A stretch of 64,000 bases of DNA from Negaprion brevirostris. Lineage: Eukaryota. Below, piece by piece: positions 60,238 through 64,000 of this stretch. Made by a program: the position numbers and the translations under genes. A model generated the notes under the pieces. It did no database searches. It was not told the origin of the DNA and saw only the letters and a program-made list of their open reading frames with translations. The stretch covers positions 31,335,271-31,399,270 of the forward strand of contig JARDVH010000031.1 in NCBI GenBank assembly GCA_030324005.1, written 5' to 3'. The first letter of the stretch is position 1. Each line of letters opens with the position of its first letter.

Positions 60238-61039
60238 GTAAGAATGTTTACTTGGATTTGTATAGTGACGGTTTCACTTTGATTAGTGGTAATTCGAGGA
60301 TACTATATATTTACTCAGACTGGTTGCTAACTTGCTTTTCTATACCCAGTTTATCAAAGGCCAGTCCAATAGCTGGTGTAGAATTGGTAATTATAAATAT
60401 TGCAAAATAGGAAAACAAATGCCATGGAAATAATATTCAAAGAAAAACTTCCACAATGTGAAATGTCAATTTTGAATAGGTTTGACAATTTGCTGGAATA
60501 CTTTCATTCAATTCTAATTTTTCTATCGTGAATTGACATCAGAACAGGAATTGAAAATGTAACACTGAATCTTTCTGTTGTATTTAAAATTGCAGTTCAA
60601 ACTCCTGGCATTTTTTTGCGTTTCATTTTTGTGTGAGTTTAGTATTCTTCAACATAGAATTAAAAGACTTGTTTTTGGGGATTTAGGAAGATTCAATGTA
60701 GTTCATTTTCTGTTGATACCCAATCTTATTACACATTACTTTTGTGCAATACACAACCGAACTTGTATAACACAGGTCGTTTCTGATGGGTCGCTAAGAA
60801 TGTTAAAGGCTACAGATTTTTAGTCAGTAAGGGAATCAGGGATTATGGGGATAAGATGAGAAAGTGGAGTTGAGGATTCTCATTTCAGTTTAGTTGTGAT
60901 CTCTTTGACATTTATGTCAATAATGCCCATTGTTTGGTCATGGTGGGTGTTGGTTTTAACACAAATTGCACCTGAGAAGCATGCGCACCCTTTTGGGGAG
61001 AGTTGTGTTGGACCTAACATTAGTTAGAGCCTTGGCATA

Positions 61040-61337
61040 GACAGAGTGAACCTCCACCCAAAATACGCAGACTGAGCTGATCATAACATCATTCATCATG
61101 CAACCTGATCTGACACTGCTGCAATTTTGCAACTTTACACTCCAGCTAACACTTCTTAACACCAGCTGCAGGGTGCCATAGACTGCATCTGGTTGCCACA
61201 TGTCAACTCTGCCCTATACCACAAGCAATAAGGAATCGGTTTCCTTATGCCTAACTGCTGTGTGATCCTAGGAAGTGAATCACGCAGGTCATTGCCTGGC
61301 ATCCTGACCTTCATAATGTCTTCATTCTCCAATAGCA
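61040..61337 (+). pseudogene. Fossil Harbinger (HARBI1-like) DDE transposase fragment
   Basis: LQGAIDC at 61166-61186, then YHKQ*GIGFL..LLCD and ITQVIAWHP..HNVFILQ, matching the GAIDCTH / NRKGxxSxNVQxVCD / VxAxxPGSxHDxxIL blocks in order. Confidence 0.7.
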
Positions 61338-61650
61338 GGACTTCTGGTCCTAGATTCTCCCACAAGGGGAAACAACCTCTCAGCATCTACCTTGTCAAGC
61401 CCTCTGAGAATCCTTCATGTCTCAATAAGGCTGTCTCTCATTCTTCTAAACTCCAATGAGGACAGGTCCAACTTATTCAATCTCCCATCATGAGAAAATC
61501 CCTCCATGTCCGGGCTCAACACAATGAACCTTCGCGGGACTGCCTCCAATGTCAGTATATCTTTTGTTACATAAGGGGACCAAAACTCTTCACAGTATGC
61601 CAGGTGTTTATCTAATTAGTATTTTGTGTAGTTTTAGCAAGACGTCCCCA
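61337..61650 (-). mobile_element. CR1 LINE ORF2 fragment
   Basis: Similar to 37090-37360 and 34800-35070; reads DVLLKLHKILIR*TPGIL*RVLVPL, a frameshifted CR1 'LYKxLVRPHLEY' region. Confidence 0.8.
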
Positions 61651-62484
61651 ATTGACCTTTCCCAAAAGGCACATAGCCTCTCCAAAATGTTCCTAGACTT
61701 TACAAAGGATAGCTGATCTCTCTTGAATAATACCCTACTTCTCCAAAATGATTCCCTCACTTCCCAAATAGTCCCAGCAGCTTGTGACCTTCTCCTGCAA
61801 AACCTAATGTCCACAAGTGTAAAACCCACAAACTAGCTTCCTTTGTGAACATTGGATGTGCAAACTACAACCCACCCCTAATCCTCCCCCCAATCTGACC
61901 TCTCCACACACCCATCTTTATGAATGTCAATTCTGAGTCCTGATTGATGGAGTTTGTTGCTGACTGAGCTAATGTGTTGTGGCCAATGGTGCAGTTGGTA
62001 GGATGTGGCATTAGACAATGTATTCACTAACGTTGACCATTCATCTGAGGCCTTTCAATTTCTTATGGCATTACATCCAGATCCTTAGGGCTTGATACCT
62101 GACACTTAACTGCATGGCTATTTACTCCCACAGACTTCTCAACCTGTGTCTACAGGACCTCCTGACCCCTGTAGATATAGGACATCTCGCCTCATTTTCA
62201 TTTCTCCCCCAGAATTTCCATACAACATCTGAAAACCATAGAGTCTCTCTCTGCTATGTGGTGGAATTTTCCTGTCTTTCCCTAAGTCAGGATTTGTTAT
62301 AGAATGACTTCCAATACCTGCTCCATCCACGGCACAACTCCTTGTTGGAAGACACTGAATGGCTTTAACTGGTGCAGATAAACCTTAACTCTTGCTAGCC
62401 CCCTCATGATTTTGGACCAAATTCTGAAGTGCAGCTATCACACACTGCACACTGCGATAATGTGAACCAGCAAGTACCAGAAAG

Positions 62485-62815
62485 TGGGCAGCACAGTGGC
62501 ACAGTGGTTAGCACTGCTGCCTCACAGCACAAGGGTCCTGGATTCAGTTCCGGACTTAGGTGACTGTCTGCGTGGAGTTTGTACATTCTCCCCATGTTTG
62601 TGTGGGTTTCTTTGGGTGCTCTGGTTTCCTCCCACAATCCAAAGACGTGCGGGTTAGAATGAATGGCCATGCTAAATTTCCCTTTAGTGTCAGGAGATTA
62701 GCAGGGTAAATATATGGGGTTATGGGGACAGGACCCAGATGGGATTGCTGTTGGTGCAGACTTTAATGGGTCGAATGGCCTCCTTCTGCACTGTAGGAAT
62801 TTGATGATTCTATTA
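62485..62815 (+). mobile_element. HE1-type V-SINE, full length, sense orientation
   Basis: GGGCAGCACAGTGGCACAGTGGTTAGCACTGCTGCCTCACAGC ... GAATGGCCTCCTTCTGCACTGTAGGAATT. Confidence 0.92.
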
Positions 62816-63535
62816 TTCTAAGTTGACACCCTGCCTGAAAAGCATTGAATTGATGTGGGTTAATCATGCATTCCCACCCCATGCCTGTTTTGGTGGGGTT
62901 GGGGGGTTGGGGGTGTTGGGGAATGACTGGACTCATCCCCCTGCATCTCTCTGGAAAATGTAATTTAATATCTCTGATATAAAAAAGGAGTTCTAAAGTA
63001 TGTTTCAAAATACCAAGAAGATGATGAGCCAGAGGACAAAATACATAGAAACAAGAATTGTTAGGGACAAGATCCTTTCGTCTGCTCTTAATGAGCAATT
63101 AAAAAAGCACTGGATAGTGTCCAATAATTCATTAATGAGAGGAATACAATGCAACAGCACAGAAAATCAGATGTATGAGCATGGATGAGCCTATAAGGTA
63201 TAGCCAAGTCTTATTTTAATTAGAAACTCTTTTAAGAATTTGCAAACTAATTCCTGCTTGATAATTTTTCAAGTAACGAGCCTCATTAACTCCTGGCAAT
63301 AATATATTCACTGAAATCAGAGAGAAGTAGGAATGGTCGTGATAAATATATTTATATTAAAGAAATTCTTCATTATTACTTTTGGACTAAAAGTAGTAAT
63401 GCACATGACTGTTATTGGCAAACTTGTCACATGTTTATGGGTTTCAGCTGCATTTGGCTACAACATTTCTGTGCATATTTTAATCGTAAATGTTAACCAG
63501 TAAACTGATGTAATAAGTTTTCTTTAAAATTCTAG

Positions 63536-63589
63536 GGCCTTACAGGAAACCCAGGAATCACGGGTGCAGAAGGCAAACCTGGGGCTACG
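63536..63589 (+). CDS. col5a2: Collagen exon, 54 bp: GLTGNPGITGAEGKPGAT
   Basis: ttctag|GGC...ACG|gtatgt; 6 triplets. Confidence 0.96.
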
Positions 63590-63699
63590 GTATGTATTCA
63601 GATTGGGCAATGATTTAAAAAGGAATGATGGATCATAGAGTGTCATCAGGTTTATTTTTGTTTTGCTTCATTTGAATCGATACTGACTGTTATTTTGAC

Positions 63700-63960
63700 A
63701 TGTAGTAATTCCTGAGGGAAAACTTCTTCCCAGCGTCTTGGCCAACATTCTTCCTTCAACCAAAAGAACAAACATTCTCTGTTTGTGGGATCTCTGTTTG
63801 TGGCACAACTCGGTCGTGACATTTGTACACATAGTAACAGTGAGCAGTCCAAGAAAAAGTAATTAATTAGGTGCCAAGCACTTGAGATGTCTTGGGGAGC
63901 AAGTCTCAACTCACCAAATGCTGAACAAGACATTGTGTGAAATCAAGTTTGTTTCTCTTT
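63700..63960 (+). mobile_element. DeuSINE core and 3' fragment, degraded
   Basis: GTCTTGGCCAACATTCTTCCTTCAACC, CTGTTTGTGGGATCT, AACAGTGA, AAGCACTTGAGATGTC. Confidence 0.55.
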
Positions 63961-64000
63961 CTGTATTGTGCTTGAAGGTGTTGGCCTCTTGGGATTATGA

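Larger units (their letters stand above)
2475..63589 (+). other. col5a2: Partial multi-exon fibrillar collagen gene (clade A, collagen alpha-2(V)-like); 19 exons equivalent to COL5A2 exons ~8-26 / COL1A1 exons 6-24
   Basis: 19 phase-0 AG..GT exons in the canonical clade A size series join into an uninterrupted Gly-X-Y frame. Motifs DEKSGL, GPEGPxGKPGED, [19 protein letters not shown] and GLTGNPG match human COL5A2 as I recall it. Collagen class is certain; orthology versus paralogy is not. Confidence 0.8.

Noticed and set aside
62485-62560. tRNA gene
   Set aside because: The A and B boxes continue directly into the SINE core and tail; it is a tRNA-derived SINE head, as in all other copies.
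35-62670. Recurrent 'MAQWLALLPHS..' and 'DCGRKPE..' ORFs as a peptide gene family
   Set aside because: They are translations of V-SINE copies with inconsistent frames and stops.
2475-63589. Calling the gene col2a1, col1a1, col1a2 or col3a1
   Set aside because: Exon sizes fit all clade A genes, but [24 protein letters not shown] and GLTGNPG fit alpha-2(V) best as I recall the sequences.

Overview
Vertebrate genomic DNA from a gapped short-read scaffold, almost certainly a shark or ray: the introns are full of HE1-type V-SINEs and CR1/HER1-type LINE ends. The whole window lies inside one + strand gene for a clade A fibrillar collagen, closest to col5a2. I reconstructed 19 consecutive phase-0 AG/GT exons (78,45,54,54,54,54,54,45,54,45,54,99,45,99,54,108,54,99,54 bp; 1203 nt, 401 aa). 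They encode the N-telopeptide and Gly-X-Y residues 1-378 of the major helix with no stop or Gly interruption. The gene starts before and ends after the window. The chain deviates at functional motifs: the Lys87 cross-link motif KGHR is KGLR with a new KGHK at 96-99, the N-proteinase site lacks its aromatic P3 residue, and net charge is strongly basic. It may be a divergent ortholog or an elasmobranch paralog. The introns hold three SINE families, CR1, L2, RTE and L1-like LINEs, Penelope-like elements with minimal hammerhead ribozyme motifs, many Harbinger-type MITEs with 3-bp TSDs, fossils of both Harbinger ORFs, and a 22-bp minisatellite. Almost all ORFs in the supplied track are spurious. 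I see no unambiguous wholly new system. The best leads are the collagen motif changes, the hammerhead-bearing Penelope elements and a 5'-inverted RTE insertion. Comparisons to human sequences and repeat family names are from memory and need alignment.
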